A stretch of DNA of 64,000 nt, taken from IMG/VR virus record IMGVR_UViG_3300048927_000250, positions 62,001 to 126,000 of that record. One strand, given 5' to 3'. The translations under genes and the position numbers were made by a program. The notes under the pieces were generated by a model. That model was given only the letters and a program-made list of their open reading frames with translations, searched no databases and had not been told where the DNA came from. Positions within the stretch are counted from its first letter, which is position 1, and each line of letters starts with the position of its first letter. Below are positions 27,243 through 37,336 of this stretch, one piece after another.

Positions 27243-29924
27243 TTAAGGGAAGGTCCAGTTTAAAGCACCGGTGGTTGTCGGGTTACCGCTCGAGGCCGGG
27301 ATAGCGAACGGAGCCTTATCGAACGACAAGGAGAAGCCGTCAATCCCTACCACTTTAAAGACTGTTACACTGACAACGTGCGTCGTGTCCGTGGCGACAG
27401 TCCCTACGAGTAATCGGTTCCGGTCAGCGCTTTGTGGACCATTGGTGACCAGGTAGTCAAACTGCCCATCGGTCAACTGAACGTAAATGTAAAAGGTTTT
27501 GTTACTGGGGTCAGCTATTACGCTGGCCAGGTTGACGGTTTTCTTCGGCGCGCGACCTTTGATACCCGCAATCTGGCAATACACCTCTTCTGAGAAGTAT
27601 ACGTTCCAGCTCCCCTTCACTGCCTGTGTTGCAATTACCTTGGCTTTGGCGGTTGCCCCTGACAATACACTCGTCTTGGTTCGTCCGTACGACATCACCG
27701 TCAGGGTGGTTTGTACGAATAAACTGTCGACACTGGTGTTCATCGCCACCACCCCTAAAGAGGAGGGGAGAGCAAAGAGTTCGTCTTGGTTCGCGTACCC
27801 ATGACCTTGGTAATCTCGAATGGCGAACATCGCCCCATCGCTGTCATTGAATCCCACCGCCTGCGTCGGATGTCCAGAGTTACCCGGATAACTGGCGGAG
27901 AATGGAATTGACCCGCCCACAAAGGTGTAGTCGGTTTGTTCAGCAATGGTCATCCCGATACCACCGGCTCCCACGTTCACCACGGAGATAACACCCGTCG
28001 CGACTTGCGCAGACAATCGTTTTTGAGTAATCGACACCGCAGACAACGTCCCACCCGACCATCCGGTTTTATCCCCCATTGTCAGGAAACTAAAACCTGC
28101 CCCATCGCCCATGATAATCAAAGTCAGTGATACGAACTTGTTGGCCAACTTCTTCGTCAGAATGCGCGGGATGGCGACCACCGTGTGCATACTGCGAATT
28201 GTCCCTACCCCGCCCAACTCAGCGCGAGCAGATGCTTCAATTGCATCGAAGACAGCCGCCGTCACTGTAGTATCATTCGTCCCTATCCCGTATTGGTCAA
28301 GGTTAGAAGACCCACTGGGTGCGTCGCGGGTAAACGTATTGGACAACCGGACATTAAAGTTGACATCAATCTCCGTTAACATCCGGGAAGTTTCCATCCC
28401 CCCAGTCGCTTCCCTCCCCGTGTCCAATGCCCACGTCGAGGTGGTGCCGTCCGGGTAGTTGAACACCGTGGTATCGTTGTAGTTGATGCCGGTGATGTTC
28501 GCCTGCCCGCCATCGAAAGAGACGCGGAGTTTATCCTTCGCTAGCACTTTCGGGATACGGATACTCACCGTCAGGGGCGTAGGGTAGTTACCTTTATACG
28601 CATACGGTGGTTTCCCACTGAAGTTACGTTGTTTCGGGTCCAACCACACCGCATCAGGAACCACCCCAAGGTACTGTTGTTGGGAAGTCCCGTAGACCAC
28701 AGAGTTGGTTTGTGTCAACACTTCTTTCGTGCGCGGGCAGCGGCCAAACGACGGTCTGACGTTACCCAGCCCCGAAAGACCGTACTTAACTGTATCCGGG
28801 TAAGAAGCCAAACCATTGATAACGATGCTGTTGGCGTTGGTGTCACCGACCGCTTGTGTCGGACCCAACGAGTTGGGTTGCCAGGTAAAGGTCTTCGTTA
28901 TCAGGTTAACATCCACTTGACGACTGACCAGAACACGGATGGAAGCACCGCTCGCCAAACTCACCCATTGTTCATGGACGAAGAAAAGACGATACGTATC
29001 ACCCGACAAGAATGTGGCGTGGATACTCGGCGGCTGAATCATCGGTGCGGTTGCTGGGAGGTTATCCGTCCATTCGAAATAGACCGAGTCATTCCCTAAA
29101 CCAGGTACCCCAGTGATGTAGTACTTTGACACCGCAATCGCATCCCAGCTGTTGAACTGGTTGCCGTGAATGTCTTTACCCGTCCAACCTAAGAGTTGGG
29201 TTGCAGCACTTGCTGGGTTACCCGTGTACGTTTCCATTTTATCCACCACGATAGACAAGGCTACACCTTGCGTGTCGTTGAGGTTGTAATGGAAATGGTA
29301 GAGACTACCCTTGTGCGCCAGTACGCAAGAAAGGCTCGGGGTCCAGGTGCTACCGATAATCCCTTTCAGTCCGGTTGCGTGGGCAGCCGGGTCCAGTGTC
29401 CCCGTACGCTCACTGACCGCAAAGAAAGAACGGTTGTTTACACTATCCCTGACCAGCAATGCTACCTGCGTCTCCAGGCCGTTTATCACGGCGATAGGAC
29501 GTTGGGTGTCAGGTAGGTACGACGGTTGCCAGATGTTCGCTAACGGGCTGTATCCTTCGACATTCCCTAACGCATTGACATTGTACTTACAGAGGTAAAC
29601 TCCGTACTGCGAACCGTCGCATCCTGCCCGAAGATAGTTACGTGACCCGTCTGCTTCGACGTTGTACGCAATCCCTGGGTTGTAAGTCGCCGCCCCTTCG
29701 TACTTCACCGAGATATTTGGCGGGATGAACCCCAGGTCGCCGAACTGGGACAACGGAAGGTCACCGGAACCTGCTATCAGGGCGAGTTTCGCATCCACCT
29801 GGTCTTTGGTGTACGTCCCGACTTGGTCCGTGGTAACCTCGTTTGGGTTTGCCCCGTCATCAATGGCCTGCTGGTAATCGGTCACCGATTTGATGGTCTC
29901 ACCAACACTCACCGATTTTACCAT
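27243..29924 (-). CDS. Tail fibre/receptor-binding protein (893 aa)
   Basis: NPxxVTxxQxxxYTKxxxD N-terminal motif, large beta-rich centre, C-terminal module shared with the 184-aa neighbour. Confidence 0.75.
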   Translation of the reverse strand: MVKSVSVGETIKSVTDYQQAIDDGANPNEVTTDQVGTYTKDQVDAKLALIAGSGDLPLSQFGDLGFIPPNISVKYEGAATYNPGIAYNVEADGSRNYLRAGCDGSQYGVYLCKYNVNALGNVEGYSPLANIWQPSYLPDTQRPIAVINGLETQVALLVRDSVNNRSFFAVSERTGTLDPAAHATGLKGIIGSTWTPSLSCVLAHKGSLYHFHYNLNDTQGVALSIVVDKMETYTGNPASAATQLLGWTGKDIHGNQFNSWDAIAVSKYYITGVPGLGNDSVYFEWTDNLPATAPMIQPPSIHATFLSGDTYRLFFVHEQWVSLASGASIRVLVSRQVDVNLITKTFTWQPNSLGPTQAVGDTNANSIVINGLASYPDTVKYGLSGLGNVRPSFGRCPRTKEVLTQTNSVVYGTSQQQYLGVVPDAVWLDPKQRNFSGKPPYAYKGNYPTPLTVSIRIPKVLAKDKLRVSFDGGQANITGINYNDTTVFNYPDGTTSTWALDTGREATGGMETSRMLTEIDVNFNVRLSNTFTRDAPSGSSNLDQYGIGTNDTTVTAAVFDAIEASARAELGGVGTIRSMHTVVAIPRILTKKLANKFVSLTLIIMGDGAGFSFLTMGDKTGWSGGTLSAVSITQKRLSAQVATGVISVVNVGAGGIGMTIAEQTDYTFVGGSIPFSASYPGNSGHPTQAVGFNDSDGAMFAIRDYQGHGYANQDELFALPSSLGVVAMNTSVDSLFVQTTLTVMSYGRTKTSVLSGATAKAKVIATQAVKGSWNVYFSEEVYCQIAGIKGRAPKKTVNLASVIADPSNKTFYIYVQLTDGQFDYLVTNGPQSADRNRLLVGTVATDTTHVVSVTVFKVVGIDGFSLSFDKAPFAIPASSGNPTTTGALNWTFP

Positions 29925-30472
29925 GACGTATTCCCCGCACTGTTCGAAACAGGGATGGCATTCCCACGGCGGGTGTTAGACAGACGCTTACCGCCAATCT
30001 GGATGACTGGAGTAAAATCGGTCAACGTTGCACTGGTACCTGTCCCCACTGCTTTACCGAGGTACATCAACGTATTCGACTCAGCCTGTTCAGTCGCACT
30101 GACCATATAGGTCAACGCCCCCACGTCTGCCTTCAGGTAAATGAAGTTCGTTGCCCCGGAGGTTTTGGTGATAGTCAGGGTACTGACCGGAAGAACCACA
30201 CGGATACCCGCCAGCAGGGAAGGAACGGCAGTGTTAATCTTCAGCCCTGCGCTATCGACCGCCACGGAAATGGCGAAGGTGTCGGATTGTCCCCAGTAAG
30301 AAATGGGAACGTCACTCAACTGGAGTTTGGCGGACAGCAGAGAATCAATTTCGGTTTTGGTGTACGCATTGATTTGAGCGGCAGTAACGTTGGTCGGGTT
30401 ATTGGTGTTATTAACGAATTGAGTAACAAAATCTAATACGGGCTTGAGTACCGCTCTGAGAGATACTTTCAT
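29918..30472 (-). CDS. Short fibre-family protein (184 aa)
   Basis: Shares the N-terminal NPTNVTAAQINAYTK motif and the C-terminal ...IPVS module with the 893-aa protein. Confidence 0.75.
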   Translation of the reverse strand: MKVSLRAVLKPVLDFVTQFVNNTNNPTNVTAAQINAYTKTEIDSLLSAKLQLSDVPISYWGQSDTFAISVAVDSAGLKINTAVPSLLAGIRVVLPVSTLTITKTSGATNFIYLKADVGALTYMVSATEQAESNTLMYLGKAVGTGTSATLTDFTPVIQIGGKRLSNTRRGNAIPVSNSAGNTSW

Positions 30473-30497
30473 GTTACACCCTTTATGGTTTAATCAG

Positions 30498-30524
30498 AAT
30501 AAAGAGAGGGGACGAATCCCCTCT
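30498..30524 (-). terminator. Intrinsic terminator
   Basis: AGAGGGGA-TTCG-TCCCCTCT then CTTTATT on minus strand. Confidence 0.7.
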
Positions 30525-30534
30525 TCTTAGATTA

Positions 30535-33111
30535 CTACGCGGTGGTACCATCGTCGTACTTGATATCACCGTTGACGGTCAGGTCGCGGTCGACTGTACC
30601 GGTCAGCGCCAGAGATACGCCGTAACCATTGCTGGTCGCTTTGATTTCCGTGCTGTCTGCGATACCGAAGGTCGGCGACGCCATCAACATCACACGCTCA
30701 GTGCTCAGTGCCATGAAGACTTCGTTCGTGTACTCGTTAAAGTAGAAACGAGATTTACGAAGCGGACCTTCGAAGCCTGCCACATTGGTCCAAACACCTT
30801 TGGCGTAACTGTAGGTCTTCGCCCCAACAACGTCAGTGAAGACGAAGTTCAGGCTCGGCCAGTTATCCGGTTTGAAGGTGACATCAGCCAGGTCAGTGGT
30901 TGGGGTCAGTATGCCAGCACCGAAGACGTATGCCAGGTCAGTCAACGTCAGACCCGTTTCGGTCAGGATGTTGGTCAACGGATACGTTGCGGTGAAGATT
31001 TGCGTAGCCCCGTTCTTCAGGATAATCTGAAGGTTAACGCCACGGGTGATTTTCGCGCTGTAAGTCAGGGTTGCTCCTGCGGCGGCACTTAACGCAGCTT
31101 CTGCTTTCGCATCCACCAACGTCCCTTGGCTGTCCAGGTACACTTCCGTCACGCCGGTGGTACGAATACGCGCCGCCATGAAGTTGTCTTCCATGTTACC
31201 GGACCCGGTATCCACCTGGTAGTGCACTAACGGTAAGTACACCGCAATGCCCGCACGCATGGTGAATGTCCCGGTGAAGGTCAGGACGGACGGTAAGACG
31301 TCGTACTCGTTGTCCGTGAACTGCCACGCCAGGGTTGGGGTACCGGTGCTGTTCCCTTTGGTCACGAGACCCAAACGAGACGCAGTCCAGTCGCCTTCCA
31401 CGGTGGAGTCAGCCAGCAGGCCTTCAAACGGGGCACGGGAGATGATGTCGTTCACCCAACCGGTGTTCGCCGTCAAGTGATAACCATCAACCAACAGTGT
31501 ATCCAGCAAAGCGCCGGCCGTTGATGGAATCATGTACTTGTCTGGCGCACCATTTAGTACATCCGTTTCCGACGCTGCCGCGTAGTTCTGTACCTGACCC
31601 AACCCAATCGAGTCTTTGGTTACAGGTTCAGCACCCGCTGCAATCATGTCGTGCACGGGACCGTTCAGGAAGATACGCAGGTCAGCCGCAGAGACGTATT
31701 TGTCGTCTGCTGTCATCGCCAGAATATCAGCGTCTTCTGCCATACCGTAGTTCTGAACATTGCCGAGGCCGACCTGTGCTTTGGTCGTGTTATGCGGGTT
31801 GTTGTAATCCGCGATGTGCGCAGCAATACCATCGCTACCGGTGGCTTTCAGAATCTGGTTCACCAGGTAAGCGGTCATCAGCTTATCGGTGGCCGTCCCT
31901 GCAATGGCTTCCTGTAGCGTTGCCACCCCGTAGTTTGGCACGTTACCTAAACCTACCTGGTCTTTGGTGACCTGGTGCGGGTTACTGAAGTCCAACAAGT
32001 GTGCGGAGAGACCCTGACCCGAACCGTTGGAGATAGCTTGCGCTACCAGGTACGGAGACATAAAGGTGGTGGTACTGGTTCCCGAAATCGCTTCGGCCAA
32101 TGTCGCCATCGCATAGTTCGGTACGCTACCCAGACCCACTTGCGCCTTCGTGACGTTATGCGGGTTGTTGGTGTTCCCGGTGTGTGACGCCAGCGCCAAC
32201 GGAGCCAATACGTCAATGGCCGCTTTAGTCAATGCAGGTGTCATGAAGCGGTTGGTTGCTACGCCCGCCTGTGCCTCCACAACGGTCGCCGTCTGGTAGT
32301 TGTCAACTGACCCTAAACCAACCTGGGCTTTCGTTGTACCGTGCGGGTTATCCGTCCGATTCGCGTGCGCATTAATCATCGGAACAATGAACTTGTTAGT
32401 GAAGTCCATCACACGCAATGACGTCATGTACTTGACGTTGTCAGTACCGGTCTCGGCTTCTTCTTTACTGGCCGGAACCAGGTTACCCAGGTCATCAATA
32501 CCCAAGTCAGCCAAGGTAATGTGGTGCGGGTTGGCGTGGTCAGCAATGTGCTCAAGAAGAGCCTGAAGCGCTTTGTTGTACCCGGCTTCCTGTGCGTCAA
32601 TCAAGTCATACAGGCGAGCCACCACTTCATTCATCCCGACCATGTCGTCCACATTGTGACGATGCGGTACCGGTGGTAACTCATCCGGGATGTCCACTAC
32701 CGCAGCCCAGGTCACGGTGCGCGGGTCAAGCTGTTTGTTGGCCAGCAGCGTCGTAATCTGGTTGATATCCAGAACGAACTCGCCACCCAGCGTCTGATAA
32801 TCAATTTCGACTATCAGGTTTGCCTGCGGGTCGTTCATGACGATAGCACCGTAAATAGGTTGCATCGCCCCCGACAGAATCATCTGGTCAAAACGGAAAC
32901 CGAAGTAATAGTCGTACCCTGGACGTAACGGCAACTGGGTTGCGGCATTCCGTAGCACGAAACCACGTCGGTGAAACGGTCCCTTGGTAGGGATAAAGAA
33001 GTTCGTCTGACCGTTGCCCACAGGCGTAATGGTATGACGCTCCTTAGTAATCTTGTTGTTCGTATTCGTCCCGTATGGGTCAAACTCGAACTCGTACGCT
33101 TTCGTTACCAT
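30535..33111 (-). CDS. Tail fibre protein (858 aa; start moved to MVTKAY)
   Basis: Four clear plus two degenerate NPHxxTKxQVGLGxVxNY repeats; GAGG RBS. Confidence 0.85.
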   Translation of the reverse strand: MVTKAYEFEFDPYGTNTNNKITKERHTITPVGNGQTNFFIPTKGPFHRRGFVLRNAATQLPLRPGYDYYFGFRFDQMILSGAMQPIYGAIVMNDPQANLIVEIDYQTLGGEFVLDINQITTLLANKQLDPRTVTWAAVVDIPDELPPVPHRHNVDDMVGMNEVVARLYDLIDAQEAGYNKALQALLEHIADHANPHHITLADLGIDDLGNLVPASKEEAETGTDNVKYMTSLRVMDFTNKFIVPMINAHANRTDNPHGTTKAQVGLGSVDNYQTATVVEAQAGVATNRFMTPALTKAAIDVLAPLALASHTGNTNNPHNVTKAQVGLGSVPNYAMATLAEAISGTSTTTFMSPYLVAQAISNGSGQGLSAHLLDFSNPHQVTKDQVGLGNVPNYGVATLQEAIAGTATDKLMTAYLVNQILKATGSDGIAAHIADYNNPHNTTKAQVGLGNVQNYGMAEDADILAMTADDKYVSAADLRIFLNGPVHDMIAAGAEPVTKDSIGLGQVQNYAAASETDVLNGAPDKYMIPSTAGALLDTLLVDGYHLTANTGWVNDIISRAPFEGLLADSTVEGDWTASRLGLVTKGNSTGTPTLAWQFTDNEYDVLPSVLTFTGTFTMRAGIAVYLPLVHYQVDTGSGNMEDNFMAARIRTTGVTEVYLDSQGTLVDAKAEAALSAAAGATLTYSAKITRGVNLQIILKNGATQIFTATYPLTNILTETGLTLTDLAYVFGAGILTPTTDLADVTFKPDNWPSLNFVFTDVVGAKTYSYAKGVWTNVAGFEGPLRKSRFYFNEYTNEVFMALSTERVMLMASPTFGIADSTEIKATSNGYGVSLALTGTVDRDLTVNGDIKYDDGTTA

Positions 33112-33187
33112 GGAAAAAGTTCCTCGAGGTTTATTCACCCGGCCGGATGGGTAGACATAGAATTTAACCGTTTTCAGGAGTTAGCTC

Positions 33188-34441
33188 ATGCTACGTGTGA
33201 TTTCCGCCCAAGTTATAGCCGCCGGGACATCTGGCGGGTGGCAAACCGCCAACTTGGCGGACGTGCCGATGTTTCAATCGTTTAAGCGCTACTCGGCCGC
33301 TATCGTACGGGTGTACGACACCGTAGCCGATACCAACGGCTACCTCGACCTTTATTCTCTCCCGGTGGTGACCCGCAGTTCAGCCATGACCCTGAAGGCC
33401 TACCTGGAGATTGCGGTAGGGTTAATCGTCTTAACCGACAGTCCCGCTACCCGCTCAACGACTCCCCGTGTGGCGTCCTATTACGCCGGGGCATACGGCT
33501 ACGCACTGAAAGGGTTCAACAACAACTTCCACCCGGATACCGAATTGCTTCCGGACCAGAAGATTGACTTGTTGGTCTACCATAATGATATCAGTGATTA
33601 TCGACGCCTCCAGGCGAATGCGCTCTTTGCAGTCAACGGATTGTTCCACAAGTCTGACTACACCGAAGACGGTATCGTGTTGTTTGACGGTGGCCGTACA
33701 GTCACCAAAGGGAATGACAACCGAGTAACGGTACTGGACTTCTCGTCATTGGGTGGGGTAACGCTGTTACCGATTACCAACGAGATGATTCGTTCCACCA
33801 AAGACACCATCGGCCTTGAAGACAGCCTGTACATTGACCTCCCGGAAACGCTGGAAGGGAAAACCCTGTTCGTGGTTATCGGCGGGATGCTGTATCCCCT
33901 GAACTCATCATTCGACATGGTGAGCTCCACTCGGGTCCGGTTGACTCTGAAACACTACGACCTGGTTGAGTGGTTCATCGACAACTATACCCTGATGGAT
34001 TTGTCGGCACTGCCAATGACCATGGACGTTAATGACCCGGCCAAGTTCGTGGAAGGGGAGTTCCACACCGATGCGTTTGTGCGTGCTGTACTGACCATGA
34101 GTCAAACGTTCTTTGTGGTTATCCCGACGACGGGTATCACCGTGGAGAAGGTTCGCCTTGGTGAGACTGACCAACCGGGTTTATACCGTGCACCTAACGA
34201 CGCTGACCCCGACGTCCCGGTGATGATTGGCAACGGGTATGTGGTGGCGTACAACGTCAGTTACCAATGGGGGTTCAATGCCCTGGCGGTACCGAACAAC
34301 CAGATGTTCAACCGCATCTGGAAAACAACAACCAAGGAAGACAACCTCGGTACGAACTACCAACTGTTGCGTGACCAGAACGAGACTAACCGTCCGCTCA
34401 AACGTCCCGCAGCGCATTTGCTCTACATCAGCAAACCGTAA
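33188..34441 (+). CDS. Probable virion structural protein (417 aa)
   Basis: CAGGAG RBS; long ORF in the tail module. Confidence 0.7.
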   Translation: MLRVISAQVIAAGTSGGWQTANLADVPMFQSFKRYSAAIVRVYDTVADTNGYLDLYSLPVVTRSSAMTLKAYLEIAVGLIVLTDSPATRSTTPRVASYYAGAYGYALKGFNNNFHPDTELLPDQKIDLLVYHNDISDYRRLQANALFAVNGLFHKSDYTEDGIVLFDGGRTVTKGNDNRVTVLDFSSLGGVTLLPITNEMIRSTKDTIGLEDSLYIDLPETLEGKTLFVVIGGMLYPLNSSFDMVSSTRVRLTLKHYDLVEWFIDNYTLMDLSALPMTMDVNDPAKFVEGEFHTDAFVRAVLTMSQTFFVVIPTTGITVEKVRLGETDQPGLYRAPNDADPDVPVMIGNGYVVAYNVSYQWGFNALAVPNNQMFNRIWKTTTKEDNLGTNYQLLRDQNETNRPLKRPAAHLLYISKP

Positions 34442-34450
34442 GGTGTAACC

Positions 34451-35035
34451 ATGTTCGAAAAACTGGAAGCGGCTGTCGGCAGTAAAGTGTTGTACGGGGT
34501 CATCTGGATTGCGACCCTGACCTTCACGTACTGGTTCGGCGGACACATTGAAAAAGAGAAGACCACGGCGGTCGACTCGGCGGTCTCGAGTGTCTCCACG
34601 CAATTGGGGACTATCCTGACCAATCAAATTAACACGCAGGTCGGTGGGATAAACGCCAGACTGCTTGGAGATACCAATGCGATTAACCTCATTCTTCAAG
34701 GTGGCTTCAAAAACAATGACGATGCTGATGCTCGTCTGCATAACCTCACTAATGCTGGGGTGTACGTCAAAGCCAGTCCTGGTACCCCAGGCGAAACCAA
34801 AGCCGCTGGTACTGCCGCCGCTGGACCCGGCAATAATGCAACCTATCGAGCCCAACTTTCAGACCAGGCTCGAGACTTTTTTGCAGGCGAAGCTAAACGC
34901 GCCAACCAATGTGCCGTTCAACTCAAAGGCGCTCAAGATACCCTCTTGAGTTGGCAGCGCGCTGTTGATGAGTACAACCGAACTGTTGCTGACCCCAATG
35001 GTTACGACCGCGTTCAACTGCCCGATAAAAAATAA
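34451..35035 (+). CDS. Rz: Inner-membrane spanin (Rz-like)
   Basis: N-terminal TM (VLYGVIWIATLTFTYWF), helical periplasmic domain, ends ...CAVQLKGAQ; contains a nested lipoprotein gene. Confidence 0.75.
   Translation: MFEKLEAAVGSKVLYGVIWIATLTFTYWFGGHIEKEKTTAVDSAVSSVSTQLGTILTNQINTQVGGINARLLGDTNAINLILQGGFKNNDDADARLHNLTNAGVYVKASPGTPGETKAAGTAAAGPGNNATYRAQLSDQARDFFAGEAKRANQCAVQLKGAQDTLLSWQRAVDEYNRTVADPNGYDRVQLPDKK
34716..34949 (+). CDS. Rz1: Outer-membrane spanin lipoprotein (Rz1-like), fully embedded in the +1 frame
   Basis: MTMLMLVCITSLMLG-C lipobox followed by a Pro-rich mature region; 77 aa. Confidence 0.75.
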   Translation: MTMLMLVCITSLMLGCTSKPVLVPQAKPKPLVLPPLDPAIMQPIEPNFQTRLETFLQAKLNAPTNVPFNSKALKIPS

Positions 35036-35045
35036 AAAAAAGAAC

Positions 35046-35081
35046 CTCCTGAGGACCCGAAGGTCCTCAGGGGTTTTATGC
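35046..35081. terminator. Bidirectional terminator with TTTTATGC tail
   Basis: CCTGAGGACC-CGAA-GGTCCTCAGG; A-tract upstream. Confidence 0.85.
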
Positions 35082-35783
35082 TGCGATGGGAAAGGAAGGT
35101 GTGAAGTTGGCGCTATACCTTGCCTTGCGATAGCAGGCAAACTCCGGGATATAAAGGTTGGAAGCAGTACCATCGCCAATCTGAAAGATGGTTGACGCCG
35201 CAATGTTGGTCAACGAGTCCCGTTCAGTCAGACTGTAATCGCTCCCCGTGAATACTGCTAACCCTTGCTTCACCCCATTCAGGTAGACGGAGATTTTCCC
35301 GTTACGTCGCTGCATGACGAAATGTATCCAGCGATTGGTTCCGGTTGCTCGCGTTGTACTGGTTGAGTAGTTCGAGTTACCTATATCAGGTTGGGTCGAA
35401 ACCTGTAAGCGGTTACCGTACCCGTTATCCCCAAAGCGAATGATTAACCCGCCCCAACTGGATGTATTCGGGCGTTGGTACATCAAAGTCGTGTAACCAT
35501 TACTGGTCTGGGTACAATAGAAAGGAAATTCAATCGTGAAATCCCCGGTCCCTACATCCATTGACGTCAATGGGATGATGGGGAACTGTTTGGTTCCCGT
35601 GAACAGTGCCTTACTGTACCCCGAAAGGGCTACCGGTGGTGTGACCACATCACTAGCAACCAGGTTAGTGAGACTGATAACCTGTTTCCCGGTCGATAGT
35701 CCTTTCTCGAAATTATAACCGATATAGGGCTGCTCACCCGGAACAAATCCGTTCTTCTTACCGAGGAGTATGGCTTCTAACAT
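35076..35783 (-). CDS. Virion protein, LamG/concanavalin-A-like domain
   Basis: GDFTIEF...WIHFVMQR..G.ISVYLNGV...IFQIG motifs; N-terminal tag MLEAILLGKK. Confidence 0.75.
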   Translation of the reverse strand: MLEAILLGKKNGFVPGEQPYIGYNFEKGLSTGKQVISLTNLVASDVVTPPVALSGYSKALFTGTKQFPIIPLTSMDVGTGDFTIEFPFYCTQTSNGYTTLMYQRPNTSSWGGLIIRFGDNGYGNRLQVSTQPDIGNSNYSTSTTRATGTNRWIHFVMQRRNGKISVYLNGVKQGLAVFTGSDYSLTERDSLTNIAASTIFQIGDGTASNLYIPEFACYRKARYSANFTPSFPIAA

Positions 35784-35793
35784 GGTCTACCCC

Positions 35794-36543
35794 TTAAGGA
35801 ATGATTTCCAAAACAGGACGCCAACCTAAATAGGCCTGAACGTCAGTGATAACAGGTGCACCCACTGTCCAGATGCTACTCCAGACGGTTGCAGCACGGG
35901 CTAGGCTATCGTTGGCATTGACCTGCTCACGACACAACTGTAATCCGCCGGGTGTAGTGGTGCCACCAATCAACATCAGGTCGTTGACCGGGTCATACGT
36001 TTCCCATTTCGGACCTTCCTGCGCAGAAACAGTAGTGGAGACAATATTGGGAATCAACCGCATCCAATCCGACCCCAACATCTCCGTTCGGTTAGTGTAG
36101 TTCCCGTTATAAGGGAGTTTACCCAGACCGGGTTGCAGGACGTTCCACAACATGACCTTGTACGTAACCCCGTTCAATACGATGGTCCGTAACTGGTTAC
36201 GCGGCGTTCCGTTGTTGAACAGCCCGTTGTCGTTTGACCCCCAGACTAAACCCGAAGAGTAAAGCGCACTCCACCCGTAAGCAGAGGTGATGGGTTTCTT
36301 CGGTGTATAGAGGAGGCGACCGTCAATCCCGAATTTCAACCACGGGATGGTTGTGTTGATAGCCGACCCCACATTACCCCCGAGTGCTCGCAATGCGGCT
36401 ACTGAGGGCATAGCGCTGTTCGCCACCTCTCCGTAGAACTCCGTAAAACGCGCACTGTTGTTGGGGTCGACGTATCGCCCAATGGGCGTGGTCGCGCCGG
36501 GGTATCTACCGCTTTTCTTCCCAGCTAACAAAAGTTCTTGCAT
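35794..36543 (-). CDS. phiKZ-family virion structural paralog (249 aa; start moved to MQELLL)
   Basis: WLKFxxDGxxLYxPKKP...W..LY..G...GWRPVLE family motifs; GAGG RBS; tag MQELLLAGKK. Confidence 0.75.
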   Translation of the reverse strand: MQELLLAGKKSGRYPGATTPIGRYVDPNNSARFTEFYGEVANSAMPSVAALRALGGNVGSAINTTIPWLKFGIDGRLLYTPKKPITSAYGWSALYSSGLVWGSNDNGLFNNGTPRNQLRTIVLNGVTYKVMLWNVLQPGLGKLPYNGNYTNRTEMLGSDWMRLIPNIVSTTVSAQEGPKWETYDPVNDLMLIGGTTTPGGLQLCREQVNANDSLARAATVWSSIWTVGAPVITDVQAYLGWRPVLEIIP

Positions 36544-36556
36544 GGTTTCATCCTCG

Positions 36557-37327
36557 TTACGCGCTGGGGTAAAGGGTTGCCGTGTCCGCAGTGAACCCGG
36601 TGGTCGGGAACAGTGCCCCGGCACGCAGTCGGTAACGTTCAACCATCCCCCTGACATCGGGACTGTTAGCCACAGACTGCGACATGATACCGACCTGTTG
36701 GTTACCCGTTGGAGTCAGAATCGTGTACGTCAACGTGTCAATCAACACCCCGTTACAGAAGAAGTAAACCTTGCCGCCAGAGTACATGACTGCAATGTGT
36801 TTCCAGTCGGTGCCGTAGAATGCATCGTTCTGTTTCGTTCCGTTGATTCTGGGCGCAGCCTGATTGTTCCAAATCCCAACCAAGCGGGCGGTGTTGGCGT
36901 ACCCCAAGGTACACTGTAACCGGTTGGTCCAGTAGCCGTTTACCGTGAGGTCGGGATAAACAATCAGGGGGACTAACGGTTGGTGTTTGTTAACCGGGGA
37001 AAGGACGTCCAAGTCCCGTTTCCAATAATCCACCGTCCAGGCACTGGTCACAAATCCTGGTGTAATAGTCCCGGGTGGAGTGGCGACAGAACCATGTCCC
37101 ATTTCCACACCCTTTCCGTATTGAAAACTTTCGGCACCCAATGAAGGTAATAGTGGGGGGACTGCTGCACCGGCGGTTGGGATAACACTGGTGACCTTCA
37201 AAGTTTTTCCGGTGTAATCGACAAAACCAGTGTCCCTGAAGATACTCGAGTCCCACGCCAACATCTCAGTGCCCAATGCCCACGCTGCGGACGGTTTCCT
37301 TCTTCCCATCAAGAGCGCTTCAATCAT
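36557..37327 (-). CDS. Virion protein, LamG-like domain (256 aa)
   Basis: WTVDYW...WKHIAVMYSGGKVYFFCNGV...RYRLR motifs; tag MIEALLMGRRK. Confidence 0.7.
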   Translation of the reverse strand: MIEALLMGRRKPSAAWALGTEMLAWDSSIFRDTGFVDYTGKTLKVTSVIPTAGAAVPPLLPSLGAESFQYGKGVEMGHGSVATPPGTITPGFVTSAWTVDYWKRDLDVLSPVNKHQPLVPLIVYPDLTVNGYWTNRLQCTLGYANTARLVGIWNNQAAPRINGTKQNDAFYGTDWKHIAVMYSGGKVYFFCNGVLIDTLTYTILTPTGNQQVGIMSQSVANSPDVRGMVERYRLRAGALFPTTGFTADTATLYPSA

Positions 37328-37336
37328 ACCTCCCCC

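Noticed and set aside
24220-33111. Diversity-generating retroelement or invertible fibre cassette
   Set aside because: No reverse transcriptase or invertase in the window, no adenine-specific TR/VR pair or inverted crossover sites seen; the repeats are protein-level and diverged in DNA
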